From positions 4,400-68,399 of the forward strand of contig PEAM01000016.1 of NCBI GenBank assembly GCA_002753565.1: DNA of 64,000 bases. The letters run 5' to 3'. The notes beneath the pieces were generated by a model that did not search any database, had not been told where the DNA came from, and saw nothing but the letters and a program-made list of their open reading frames with translations. Positions 8,478 to 18,038 of this stretch are shown piece by piece. Source of the DNA: Magnetococcales bacterium. GTDB lineage: Bacteria > Pseudomonadota > Magnetococcia > Magnetococcales > JADFYX01. The position numbers and the translations under genes were made by a program. Numbering within the stretch: position 1 is the stretch's first letter; every line of letters begins with the position of its first letter.

Positions 8478-11400
8478 GTGGTCTCTATGAACAGCGCACC
8501 CGTCCAACACCTCTTCAACCTCCTCTATCTGGCTGTGGTTCTGCTGGTTGGGATGGGGGCCCCGGCCCAGGCGGCGCCCTCCTTACCCTTTGGCCCGACT
8601 GAACAGACACTCAGCCAAAAAGAGCCCCTTCAACTGCTGCTTGCCGAACAGCGAACCCTGGACGGCAGCGGTGCGTTGGCCCTGGTTTTTTCGCAAAAAC
8701 TCGACCGAACCCGACTCTACGACAGCTACCTGACCCTCTTTGACCCGCAACAGCAGCAGGTTGTGGGGGGGTGGGTTTTGGGGGAGGATCAACGCACCCT
8801 CTTTTTCCCCCATATCGACCCAGAGACCACCTATACCGTCCAGATTCAACCGGGTCTGCCCGCTCTCTCAGGCAGCACCTTGGCCCAGAAGGAGAGCCGA
8901 ACCCTTACCACCCGTGCAGTTATTCCCGCCTATGGTTTTGTCGGCAGCGGCATGATCCTGCCCAGTGGCCTGAGTGAGGGTCTGCCCATCATGACGGTTA
9001 ACGTACCGGAGGTAGACATCGAGTTTTTGCGGGTCAAGGATGAGAGCCTCGCCCTTTTTCTCGACCGTTTTTCCTGGTCCGGCTCCGGCGCCCATTGGGA
9101 TACCAGCCTGGACCAGCTGAGCCAGCAGACCGAGAGCCTGTTTGTCTCCCGTTTTGTCACCGGCCTGAAAGCCAATCGCCGGGGGGTTACCCACATTCCG
9201 GTAGAGAAGATTCCCCAGTTGCAAAAACCGGGGCTTTATGTGGCCGTCATGGGCCGGGCGGGTCGCTTTGGCAAGTTTAAGACAACCCACTTCATGGTGA
9301 CCGATATTGGCCTGCATCTACGCTATTATCAGCAGAGCATCTCTGTCTATACCAGCAGCCTGAAAAGCGGAAAACCTCTGGCAGATGTTGCTGTTACCCT
9401 GGTTGATACTCAAGGCAACACCACCCAACAAGGGGTGACCGACAAGCAGGGTCGAGTGTCGTTCTCCTCTCCTGCCAGCCAGACCTCCCTGCTGATGGCA
9501 AAACGGGGGGGTGACATTACCCTGCTGCCTTTAAAGGATCCGGCTCTGGATCTTTCTGAATTTCCGGTTGGAGGCCCCCCTTTTAAAGCGGTAGAGGCCT
9601 TTATCTACTCACCACGGGATCTCTACCGCCCCGGTGAACAGCTTGACTATGCCATTCTATTAAGAGACCACGACGGTGGGCCGGTGATGGAACGTCCCCT
9701 GGCGGTCCGGCTCAAACAGCCCGACGGTAAGGAGATCGCCCGCCAGACCTTACCCTCGGCGGAATTGGGCTATCATCAAGGGGAGATCCTCCTGCCAGAC
9801 GATGCCCAGACCGGGCGCTGGTCTCTGGAGGTGCGTGTGGACCCGGGCCAAAAAAGGCCGGACCAACTGTTCAAGTTTCAGGTAGAGGAGTTTCTTCCCG
9901 AACGGATGAAGCTGGTTCTGCCCAAACCCACCGGCCCCCTCCTGCCTGAAGAGCCGTGGTCTTTGGAGGTGACCGGTAGCTATCTCCACGGTGCCAAAGC
10001 GGCCGGAAATCGGCTAAAAGTGGTGGCCAACTGGAAAAAGACCAAGCAGCTTCCCCAGTGGCCCCACTTCTATTTTGGTCAGGATAATGGCCCCTGGAAA
10101 AACAGGCGAGAGCAACTCTTTGACGGCCCCCTCGATGCCGAAGGCAAGAGAGCCATCTCCCTTCCCCTCCTCAAAGATCCCGTCAACGCTCTGCTGCGGG
10201 TAACGTGGGTGGTGGATCTGTTCGAATCCGGCGGACGTCCGGTAACCCGCTCTCAGACCGGGCTGATCTGGCCATCGGAAACCTTGACTGGGGTTCGCCC
10301 CCTCTATGCCGGCAAGTATGCGCCGGGAGATGGTGAGGCCGCCTTTGAGGTGATCAAGGTCAACCGGGCTGGTCAGTCGTTAGGGGCGGAAGGGTTGGCG
10401 GTCCGGGTTATCCATGAAAACCGCAACTATTACTGGAGCTACCGAGAACACGGCGGCTGGGACTATCTCTATTCCGAGTCGGAATATCCCATTCTGCAAA
10501 CCAACCTCTCTTTCGAGGCCAACCAAAAAGGGGTGGTTCGCATCCCTGTCACTTATGGTAGTTATCGGTTGGAGATAACCGATCCGGCAACCGGCATCAC
10601 ATCCTCCCATCGGTTTCAGGCCGGATGGGATTGGAAAAGCAGAGCCGCCACCAGTCAGCCTCGCCCGGACCGGGTTAATCTTCAACTGGATAAAAAGAGC
10701 TATCAGACCGGGGAGACCCCCCGCTTGACCATCATCCCCCCTCAACCCGGCGAGGGGTTGGTGCTGCTGGAGTCTAGCCAGGGTCTGCTGTGGGGACAAC
10801 GGCTCAGCCTCTCCAAAAAAGGCAGCGAGATTACCCTCCCCCCCATCCAGACCGACTGGAATCGCCACGATATCTACCTGACCGTCCTCTCCTTACGTCC
10901 GGGAGAGTCGGCCAGCCGAATCACCCCCAACCGGGCACTGGGGCTGATCCACCTCCCCCTGGATCGGCAGAATCGTCAACTGAACATGACCCTTGAGCTA
11001 CCCGAGACAATCCAACCCAACAGCTCTCTACCGGTGACAATCCGCCTGCCTGACCACACCAGCAGACCGACCAGGGTGACGGTGGCAGCCGTGGATGTGG
11101 GGGTGTTAAACATAACCGAGATGGAGAGCCCGGACCCTTTTAGCTTTTTCTTTACCAAAAGAGGCTATCAGGTCGAGTCGAAAGATATCTATGGCAAGGT
11201 GATTGAAAACCAGAAAGGGGTGTTGGCCAAACCCCGTTTTGGGGGGGACGCTGCCAACAAAAGAAGAGGAAAAAAACCTACCGCCAAGGTAAAAATACTC
11301 TCTCTGTTCAGCGGCCCGGTGGTGGTGGATGAACAGGGGATAGCACAGGTCTCTCTGCCGGTTGGAGACTTTAACGGCGCCTTGAGGGTGATGGCAGTGG

Positions 11401-13355
11401 GCTTTGGAGCAGACCGTTTTGGAGCCGTTGACCAAGAGGTATTGGTGGCAGCTCCGGTTATTGCAGAGATCTCTACACCCCGCTTTTTAGCCTTTGGCGA
11501 TCAATCTCAGTTAACCCTGACCCTGCACAACCGCAGCGGACAGGGGGGGGAGTTCCAACTCTCTCTCTCTGCCAGCCAACCGTTGCGCATGGCCCCGGTC
11601 AACCAGACGCTCACCCTGGCTGACAACGAGATGAAAACCCTCCGTTTCCCCCTCTCCGGCGGTTACTCTGCCGGGGTGGGTACCCTGAGCCTCTCGGTTG
11701 TTGGCGAAGGGGTAGAGGTGAACAGAAGCTGGCAGCGGATGGTGCGCTCGCCCTATCCCCTGCAGCGAACAACTCAACGGTTTGTGGTCACCGCCAACCA
11801 ACCGGCAGCCCTCAATCCGGCCTGGTCGGCGGGGCTTGCGGCCAAGACCGTGGAGTATCAACTGCAACTCTCCCCCCGTCCGCCCCTCAATGGTCGGCGG
11901 GCGGTCAAGGGGTTGTTGGGCTACCCCTACGGCTGCCTGGAGCAGACCACCAGCCGAGCTTTCCCGCTGCTTTTTATCGATGCCAAAGTGGCCCAAGAGA
12001 TGGGGCTGGAGCCTCTCTCTTATGCGGAGCGAAAAAAACGGCTGGAGACCGCTTTCAAGCGGTTGGCAGCCATGCAGCGGGGGTCGGGAGGGTTTGGGCT
12101 GTGGGATAAACAGAGCCCGGAAGAGCCTTGGTTGACCCCCTATGTGGTGGATTTTCTTCTCCAGGCCAAAAAGCGGGGTTTTTCTCCCCCCGAAGAGATG
12201 CTCTCCCAGGCTCTCAACAACCTCTCCAAACGGCTGCATGGGGGGAGGGCTATTCTCGGCAACCACCACTCAGACGACCAGGGCCACAGCCAGTTGGCCG
12301 CCAAGGCCTATGGAGGTTATCTTTTGGCTCAGCTGAACAAAGCGCCTCTGGGTCTGCTGCGAAATCTCTTCGACCAAGAGCGAAAAAAGGCCCGTTCCCC
12401 TCTGCCCCTGGTCCATCTGGGTCTTGCCCTCCATCTTCAGGGAGACCTGAAAAGGGGCCGAATGGCCTTCGATGACGCGCTGGCACGGCAGCGCCCCAAA
12501 GGGCTTTATCTGGGGGATTATGGCTCAGAAATCCGGGATGTCGCCCTGACCCTGGCCCTGCTGGAGCAGGCTCCCCTCTCTGCCGAACAAAAAAAGCAAC
12601 AAGATCAACTTCTTTTTGCGCTGGATGGTGCCTTGGCAAGCCGAACCTACTGGAGTACCCAAGAGCGCTATGCGCTGTTTCTGGCCTACCAAGCCCTCAA
12701 CAAAAAGGCTCTGGAACCCTGGAAGCTCACCACCACCATGGGCTCAGAGAGCACCCACACAGAGAAAAATGGGGTGTGGAGGAGCCTGTTTACCCCAAGG
12801 GAGCTAAACAGGGGCATCACCCTGCAGGCCAGCGGTGAAGAGAAACTCTATGCCGAGGTGGAGGTGAGCGGATTTCCCGAGCAACCGCCCCCCGCCATCA
12901 GCCGCCCAATAGAGATCCAGCGCCACTATTTCTCCCTGACTGGGGCCTCTCTCAATCGGCTACGGTTTAAGGTGGGAGAGCTGTTTTTGGTCCGGCTGCA
13001 GGTTAGCAGCAAGGAGTCCATCGAGCAGGGGCTGGTTGAAGATCTGCTGCCAGCCGGGTTGGAGTTGGAAAACAGCGGCATCAGCAAAGGGGAGAAGCTG
13101 GCTGACCTCTCCATAGACGGCGTCTCACTGGCTCAGGCTACACAAGATAAGAGCATTCGTCGACAGGCTTTTCTGGAAGATCGCTACATGGCAGCCCTCT
13201 CTCTCTCACCCCATCGAACCCACACGCTCTTTTATCTGGTTCGGGCTGTGACACCGGGTCGCTACACCCTTCCACCCCCTTTGGCCGAGGATATGTACCG
13301 ACCCGACCGCTTAGGCATTGGTCACAGCGAGACCTTGATCGTTGAAGCCCCCTGA
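8478..13355 (+). CDS. Bacterial alpha-2-macroglobulin family protein (thioester-containing)
   Basis: 1625 aa. CLEQ thioester motif in context GYPYGCLEQTTSRAF. The signal peptide ends ...APAQA-AP. It is followed by pbpC, as in the yfhM-pbpC arrangement. Confidence 0.9.
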   Translation: MVSMNSAPVQHLFNLLYLAVVLLVGMGAPAQAAPSLPFGPTEQTLSQKEPLQLLLAEQRTLDGSGALALVFSQKLDRTRLYDSYLTLFDPQQQQVVGGWVLGEDQRTLFFPHIDPETTYTVQIQPGLPALSGSTLAQKESRTLTTRAVIPAYGFVGSGMILPSGLSEGLPIMTVNVPEVDIEFLRVKDESLALFLDRFSWSGSGAHWDTSLDQLSQQTESLFVSRFVTGLKANRRGVTHIPVEKIPQLQKPGLYVAVMGRAGRFGKFKTTHFMVTDIGLHLRYYQQSISVYTSSLKSGKPLADVAVTLVDTQGNTTQQGVTDKQGRVSFSSPASQTSLLMAKRGGDITLLPLKDPALDLSEFPVGGPPFKAVEAFIYSPRDLYRPGEQLDYAILLRDHDGGPVMERPLAVRLKQPDGKEIARQTLPSAELGYHQGEILLPDDAQTGRWSLEVRVDPGQKRPDQLFKFQVEEFLPERMKLVLPKPTGPLLPEEPWSLEVTGSYLHGAKAAGNRLKVVANWKKTKQLPQWPHFYFGQDNGPWKNRREQLFDGPLDAEGKRAISLPLLKDPVNALLRVTWVVDLFESGGRPVTRSQTGLIWPSETLTGVRPLYAGKYAPGDGEAAFEVIKVNRAGQSLGAEGLAVRVIHENRNYYWSYREHGGWDYLYSESEYPILQTNLSFEANQKGVVRIPVTYGSYRLEITDPATGITSSHRFQAGWDWKSRAATSQPRPDRVNLQLDKKSYQTGETPRLTIIPPQPGEGLVLLESSQGLLWGQRLSLSKKGSEITLPPIQTDWNRHDIYLTVLSLRPGESASRITPNRALGLIHLPLDRQNRQLNMTLELPETIQPNSSLPVTIRLPDHTSRPTRVTVAAVDVGVLNITEMESPDPFSFFFTKRGYQVESKDIYGKVIENQKGVLAKPRFGGDAANKRRGKKPTAKVKILSLFSGPVVVDEQGIAQVSLPVGDFNGALRVMAVGFGADRFGAVDQEVLVAAPVIAEISTPRFLAFGDQSQLTLTLHNRSGQGGEFQLSLSASQPLRMAPVNQTLTLADNEMKTLRFPLSGGYSAGVGTLSLSVVGEGVEVNRSWQRMVRSPYPLQRTTQRFVVTANQPAALNPAWSAGLAAKTVEYQLQLSPRPPLNGRRAVKGLLGYPYGCLEQTTSRAFPLLFIDAKVAQEMGLEPLSYAERKKRLETAFKRLAAMQRGSGGFGLWDKQSPEEPWLTPYVVDFLLQAKKRGFSPPEEMLSQALNNLSKRLHGGRAILGNHHSDDQGHSQLAAKAYGGYLLAQLNKAPLGLLRNLFDQERKKARSPLPLVHLGLALHLQGDLKRGRMAFDDALARQRPKGLYLGDYGSEIRDVALTLALLEQAPLSAEQKKQQDQLLFALDGALASRTYWSTQERYALFLAYQALNKKALEPWKLTTTMGSESTHTEKNGVWRSLFTPRELNRGITLQASGEEKLYAEVEVSGFPEQPPPAISRPIEIQRHYFSLTGASLNRLRFKVGELFLVRLQVSSKESIEQGLVEDLLPAGLELENSGISKGEKLADLSIDGVSLAQATQDKSIRRQAFLEDRYMAALSLSPHRTHTLFYLVRAVTPGRYTLPPPLAEDMYRPDRLGIGHSETLIVEAP

Positions 13356-15714
13356 ATTACACCACAAACACCCCTGTTGGCTATCTCTACTTGGCGGGCT
13401 GACAGGGCTGTCTCTACTGTTTGTACTGCTGGATTGCTCCTACCCTCTCCCCTCTCCCCCAGGGGAGGCCGAAAAGGGGCTGGTGGTTGTCGACCGACAG
13501 GGAACACCTCTTAGAGCCTTTGCCGGAGAGCGTGGGGTGTGGCGGCATCCGGTCCAGCTATCCCAGGTCTCTCCCCTCTATTTGCAGGCTCTGTTAACCT
13601 ACGAAGATCGCTGGTTTTATTATCATCCTGGGGTCAACCCTCTCTCTCTGCTTCGGGCCGCATGGCAGGCGGTTGAACAGGGGCGGATTATCTCGGGTGG
13701 TTCCACTCTTACCATGCAGGTGGCCCGACTGCTGGCCCCCCACCCTCGCACTCTCTGGGGAAAAGCAAGCCAGATTTTTCGAGCGCTGCAACTGGAGTGG
13801 CACTATACCAAGGCGGAAATATTAACCCTCTATCTCAACCACGCCCCCTTTGGTGGGCCGCTGCTGGGCATCAAGGCCGCCTCTTATGCCTATCTGGGCA
13901 GGGGACCAGACAGGTTGAGCCATGGAGAGGCGGCCCTGTTGGCGGTACTCCCCCAGGCACCCACCCGCCTGCGACCAGACCGAAACCCGGCCGGGGCACA
14001 AAAAGCACGGGACAAAGTGCTGGACCGTCTGCAAAAATGGGGAGTATGGTCCGCCGATCAGGTGGTGGAGGCCAAGGTGGAGCGTGTTGCCGACCACTAC
14101 CATCCCCACCCCTTTGTTGCTCCCCTGTTGGCCCGCCGACTCAAGGCTCTGTCAAAAAATGCCCACCAAGGGACCATTGTCTCGACACTGGACAGCAACC
14201 TGCAACAATCCTTGCAGGGGCTGGTCGAGACCCTGCAAGGCCGACTGCCCCTGCGTAGCTCTCTGGCTATTCTGGTTATGGAGAACAGCCCTAAAAAGGT
14301 GCGAGCCTATATCGGCTCAGCCAATTTTTGGGATAACACCCGCTTTGGTCAGGTGGATATGGTCCAGGCCATCCGCTCCCCCGGTTCTACCCTCAAACCC
14401 TTTTTATATGGTATGGCTCTGGAGGAGGGGTTGATCCACTCCGAAAGCCTGCTGATTGATGCCCCTCAATCTTTTGATGGCTACCAACCCGGTAATTTCA
14501 ACCAAGGCTTTCATGGCCCCGTCAGCGCACGGGAGGCGTTGCAGCAGTCGTTGAATGTACCGGCTGTAGGCCTGCTCAAACGGCTTGGCTCCCACCCCTT
14601 TGTCTCCCGGTTGCGGCATGGGGGGCTAAAGCTGACCATCCCCGGCGAGGGCAGGCCTAATCTGGCGGTTATTTTGGGGGGGGCTGGCAGCAATCTGGAG
14701 AGTCTGGTTGGTGCTTACTCTGCTCTGGCTCAGGGGGGCATAGCGGGAAAACCTCGGCTTACTCAAGACGATCCCCTTATCGAAAAACGGCTGCTCTCTC
14801 CCGGCTCCGCCTGGATTATCCGCCAACTGCTGGCATCAGCCAACCGACCAGATATTCCCACCAGCAACCTCATGCGGGGCGGTCAGAGACGGCTGGCCTG
14901 GAAAACCGGCACCAGCTATGGCTTTCGGGATGCCTGGGCGGTGGGGGTGACAGATCGGTATACGGTCGGGGTTTGGGTGGGGCGTCCCGATGGTACCCCC
15001 TCACCCGGTCAGTTTGGCGCTCAGACAGCCGCCCCCATTCTTTTTGATATTCTCAACGGCTGGCCGGCCCGTTTCTGGTGGGCCCAACCGGAGCCTCGTC
15101 CCCACTCTGTCCAGGCTGTCGAAATCTGCTGGCCCCTTGGCACCGCTGCCAGCCGACAACCCGCTGACCACTGCCACCGGAAAAGAGTAGCCTGGGCTCT
15201 CCACGAGACCGTTCCCCCCACCTTTTTGGCTGATCAACCGACCATGGGTACAAGAGAGCCTCTCGTCCACTATTGGATCAACCCGGCAACCGGCCTGCGG
15301 GTTCAGGGGGCGTGTGGGTTGGCCAATCGTCAACCCCGCAGTCGGGCGGTCTGGCCTCTTCCTCTGCAGCCTTGGTTGTCGGCCGATCTGCTGAGTCGAT
15401 CCCAACCCCCTCCCCTGGACCCCGACTGCCCCAAAGAGCCCCCCCCCTCTCCCACCCCTTTTGCCCTTATTGGTCTGCAGGATGGAGAGCATCTTCGCAC
15501 CCCCTCAATCGACGCCCTCTCTCCTCCCATCAAGCTCTCCCGATTGGGAGGAGAGGGTCCGACCTACTGGATGGTTGATGGCAAAATGGCTGCCAAGGTG
15601 GCGGCGGGAGAGACTTTCAGCTGGCCGATCAACCAGCCGGGATGGCACCCCATCACCGCCATGGATGAAAACGGTCAGTTTGTCCGTATCCGGGTCCATG
15701 TGGCGAAGGAGTGA
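13342..15714 (+). CDS. pbpC: Penicillin-binding protein 1C (bifunctional transglycosylase/transpeptidase)
   Basis: GT51 motifs (EDRWFYYHPGVNP, GGSTLTMQ). Transpeptidase motifs STLK, SLN, KTGTS. TTG start overlaps the A2M stop by 14 nt. Confidence 0.9.
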   Translation: MKPPELHHKHPCWLSLLGGLTGLSLLFVLLDCSYPLPSPPGEAEKGLVVVDRQGTPLRAFAGERGVWRHPVQLSQVSPLYLQALLTYEDRWFYYHPGVNPLSLLRAAWQAVEQGRIISGGSTLTMQVARLLAPHPRTLWGKASQIFRALQLEWHYTKAEILTLYLNHAPFGGPLLGIKAASYAYLGRGPDRLSHGEAALLAVLPQAPTRLRPDRNPAGAQKARDKVLDRLQKWGVWSADQVVEAKVERVADHYHPHPFVAPLLARRLKALSKNAHQGTIVSTLDSNLQQSLQGLVETLQGRLPLRSSLAILVMENSPKKVRAYIGSANFWDNTRFGQVDMVQAIRSPGSTLKPFLYGMALEEGLIHSESLLIDAPQSFDGYQPGNFNQGFHGPVSAREALQQSLNVPAVGLLKRLGSHPFVSRLRHGGLKLTIPGEGRPNLAVILGGAGSNLESLVGAYSALAQGGIAGKPRLTQDDPLIEKRLLSPGSAWIIRQLLASANRPDIPTSNLMRGGQRRLAWKTGTSYGFRDAWAVGVTDRYTVGVWVGRPDGTPSPGQFGAQTAAPILFDILNGWPARFWWAQPEPRPHSVQAVEICWPLGTAASRQPADHCHRKRVAWALHETVPPTFLADQPTMGTREPLVHYWINPATGLRVQGACGLANRQPRSRAVWPLPLQPWLSADLLSRSQPPPLDPDCPKEPPPSPTPFALIGLQDGEHLRTPSIDALSPPIKLSRLGGEGPTYWMVDGKMAAKVAAGETFSWPINQPGWHPITAMDENGQFVRIRVHVAKE

Positions 15715-15760
15715 CACCCCCAGCAGGCCCGAGAAGCGACCATCATCGTATCCAATGTTG

Positions 15761-15814
15761 AGGTGTTGACTTTGCCTTAAACTGTTGTCCAAATCTGGTT
15801 TTAATTAACTATAA
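15761..15814 (+). repeat. 54-nt intergenic repeat unit, copy 1 (AGGTGTTGACTTTGCCTTAAACTGTTGTCCAAATCTGGTTTTAATTAACTATAA)
   Basis: Hand alignment: its reverse complement matches 29537-29590 with 3 mismatches in 54 nt. It lies between convergent gene ends. Confidence 0.8.
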
Positions 15815-15845
15815 CTGACAATATCTGCTCAGCCTATCCACCCTT

Positions 15846-17981
15846 TCACCCCCGTGACCAGCGGTGAAACTTTTCCAACCAGACCATGACCGATGGAGAG
15901 ACATGGGCTTTTTTCCAGACACCAGCGGCATATTTGTTGGCCTCAGCCAGGGTTGGGTAGATGTGGATGGTACCCAGAATTTTATTCATCCCAAAGCCGT
16001 GCCGCATGGCGGCGACATATTCGGCAATAATATCACCGGCATGGTCGCCAACAATGGTGACCCCCAAGATGGTATCCTTGCCCGGTACGGTCAACACCTT
16101 AACCATACCATAGGCCTCTTCATCGGCAATGGCCCGGTCCAGATCATCCAACCCATAAAGGGTGATCTCATGGGGAATACCCTGAGCAAGGGCCTCCTGT
16201 TCGTTCAAGCCTACCCGTGCCACCTCCGGGTCGGTAAAGGTGGCCCAAGGGATGACGGAATAGTCTACCTTAAAGCGCTTAAACCGCCCAAAAAGAGCAT
16301 TCACCGCCGCATACCACGCCTGATGGGCTGCGGTGTGGGTAAACTGGAACGGCCCGGCCACATCCCCACAGGCAAAAATGTTGGGAAAAGTGGTCCTGAG
16401 ATAGGCATCGGTTTGAATGGTCCCATCCCGATTTAACACCACCCCCAACGCCTCCAGACCAAAACCAGAGACATTGGCTTGGCGCCCACTGGCAACCAGC
16501 AAGGTATCGAAAAGAACTCGCACCTCCTCCCCTTGGTGTTGGCAAACCAGGGTTTTTTGCCCCTCTTCCATAAAAAATTTCTGAAGCACATGGTCGCTTA
16601 ACACCCGAACACCTTCCGCCTCAAAACGGTCACGCACCATCTGAGAGACCTCCGGGTCCTCTTTTTTCATCAAACGGCTACCTCGCAGCACCAGGGTAGT
16701 CTCACAACCCAGACGAGAAAAAGCCTGGGTCAGTTCACAACCGATAGGACCGGCTCCCAGAACCAAAAGCCGTTTGGGCCGCTCTCGCAGGTTCCAGACG
16801 GTATCCGATGTTAACGGCGCCATATCCCTGATGCCGGGAATGGGCGGAATGGCCGGTCTGGCCCCGGTGGCTATGACAATATTCCGGGTAGAGAGGGTCT
16901 GCCCATTCACCTCCACATGCCAGGGTGAGAGTATCCGGGCCTCGCCCTGAATACACTCCACCCCCAACGCCGTATAACGCTCTACCGAGTCATGGGGTTC
17001 CACCGTACGAATCACCCGTTGCACCCGCTCCATCACCTCGGCAAACGCATAGGTTACCTTGGCGGAGCGAAAACCCAGGGTATCGGCTTTTTTGGCATGG
17101 GCCAAAAATTTAGCCGAACGTATTAAAGCCTTGGAGGGAACACAGCCGGTATTCAGACAGTCCCCACCCATTTTATGTTTTTCAATCAGGGTCACCTTGG
17201 CCTGAACAGCCGCCCCAATATAGGTAGTCACCAGACCGGCCGCTCCGGCACCGATGGCGATGAGGTTTCGGTCAAAGGTTTTGGGTTTGGAATAGGGGGC
17301 GAGAATTTTTCGCAGCTGGAACCAGCGCACCCCCTGTTTAGCCAACAGGGGGAAAAGACCCAGCAGGATAAAAGAGCCGATCATCTGCAGAGATAAAATG
17401 CCCGACAGCCCGTCCAGCTGGGCGATTTGGGTTCCGGCATTCACATAGACCACGGTTCCCGCCAACATGCCCACCTGGCTTACCACCATGAAAACCCCGG
17501 TTCGGATGGCGGTCAACCCCATGACCAGATTGATGATAAAAAAGGGAAAAGCCGGCACCAGCCGTAAGGTAAAAAGATAGAAAGCCCCCTCTTTTTCGAT
17601 CCCGGCATCAATGGCCTTGAGCTTGTCGCCAAATCGTGACTGAATCATCTCTCGGAACAGATAACGAGAGGCCAGAAAAGCCAACGTCGCCCCCAGAGTA
17701 GAGGCAAACGAGACAATAACCGTCCCCCAAACCACCCCAAAGACAGCCCCACCGACCAAGGTCATCACCACCGCTCCCGGCAGGGATAGGCCGGTCATGG
17801 CGACATAGATGGCAAAATAGACAGCAACCGTCTGCAGAGGGTGGGAAAGATAGAAGCGGTTGATGGCCTCCTGCTGGGATTTGATAAAGTCCAGTGTCAG
17901 ATATCGCCCCAGATCAAAGTGAAAAAAGCCGACCACCAACAGCCCGATAAGACAAAGTAAAAAAAATTTTTTGCGATTCAT
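15846..17981 (-). CDS. Fusion protein: DedA/TVP38-TMEM64 membrane domain + class I pyridine nucleotide-disulfide oxidoreductase
   Basis: The N-terminal ~230 aa are polytopic. They are followed by GAGAAG FAD-binding, the redox-active disulfide GGDCLNTGCVPSK, an NAD GxGxxG (LGAGPIGCE) and a dimerisation domain. Confidence 0.85.
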   Translation of the reverse strand: MNRKKFFLLCLIGLLVVGFFHFDLGRYLTLDFIKSQQEAINRFYLSHPLQTVAVYFAIYVAMTGLSLPGAVVMTLVGGAVFGVVWGTVIVSFASTLGATLAFLASRYLFREMIQSRFGDKLKAIDAGIEKEGAFYLFTLRLVPAFPFFIINLVMGLTAIRTGVFMVVSQVGMLAGTVVYVNAGTQIAQLDGLSGILSLQMIGSFILLGLFPLLAKQGVRWFQLRKILAPYSKPKTFDRNLIAIGAGAAGLVTTYIGAAVQAKVTLIEKHKMGGDCLNTGCVPSKALIRSAKFLAHAKKADTLGFRSAKVTYAFAEVMERVQRVIRTVEPHDSVERYTALGVECIQGEARILSPWHVEVNGQTLSTRNIVIATGARPAIPPIPGIRDMAPLTSDTVWNLRERPKRLLVLGAGPIGCELTQAFSRLGCETTLVLRGSRLMKKEDPEVSQMVRDRFEAEGVRVLSDHVLQKFFMEEGQKTLVCQHQGEEVRVLFDTLLVASGRQANVSGFGLEALGVVLNRDGTIQTDAYLRTTFPNIFACGDVAGPFQFTHTAAHQAWYAAVNALFGRFKRFKVDYSVIPWATFTDPEVARVGLNEQEALAQGIPHEITLYGLDDLDRAIADEEAYGMVKVLTVPGKDTILGVTIVGDHAGDIIAEYVAAMRHGFGMNKILGTIHIYPTLAEANKYAAGVWKKAHVSPSVMVWLEKFHRWSRG

Positions 17982-18038
17982 ACTGCACTCTTTATGGGCT
18001 GTTGCCGTTTAACCTGGATTGGACGTTTCTCCGTACCT

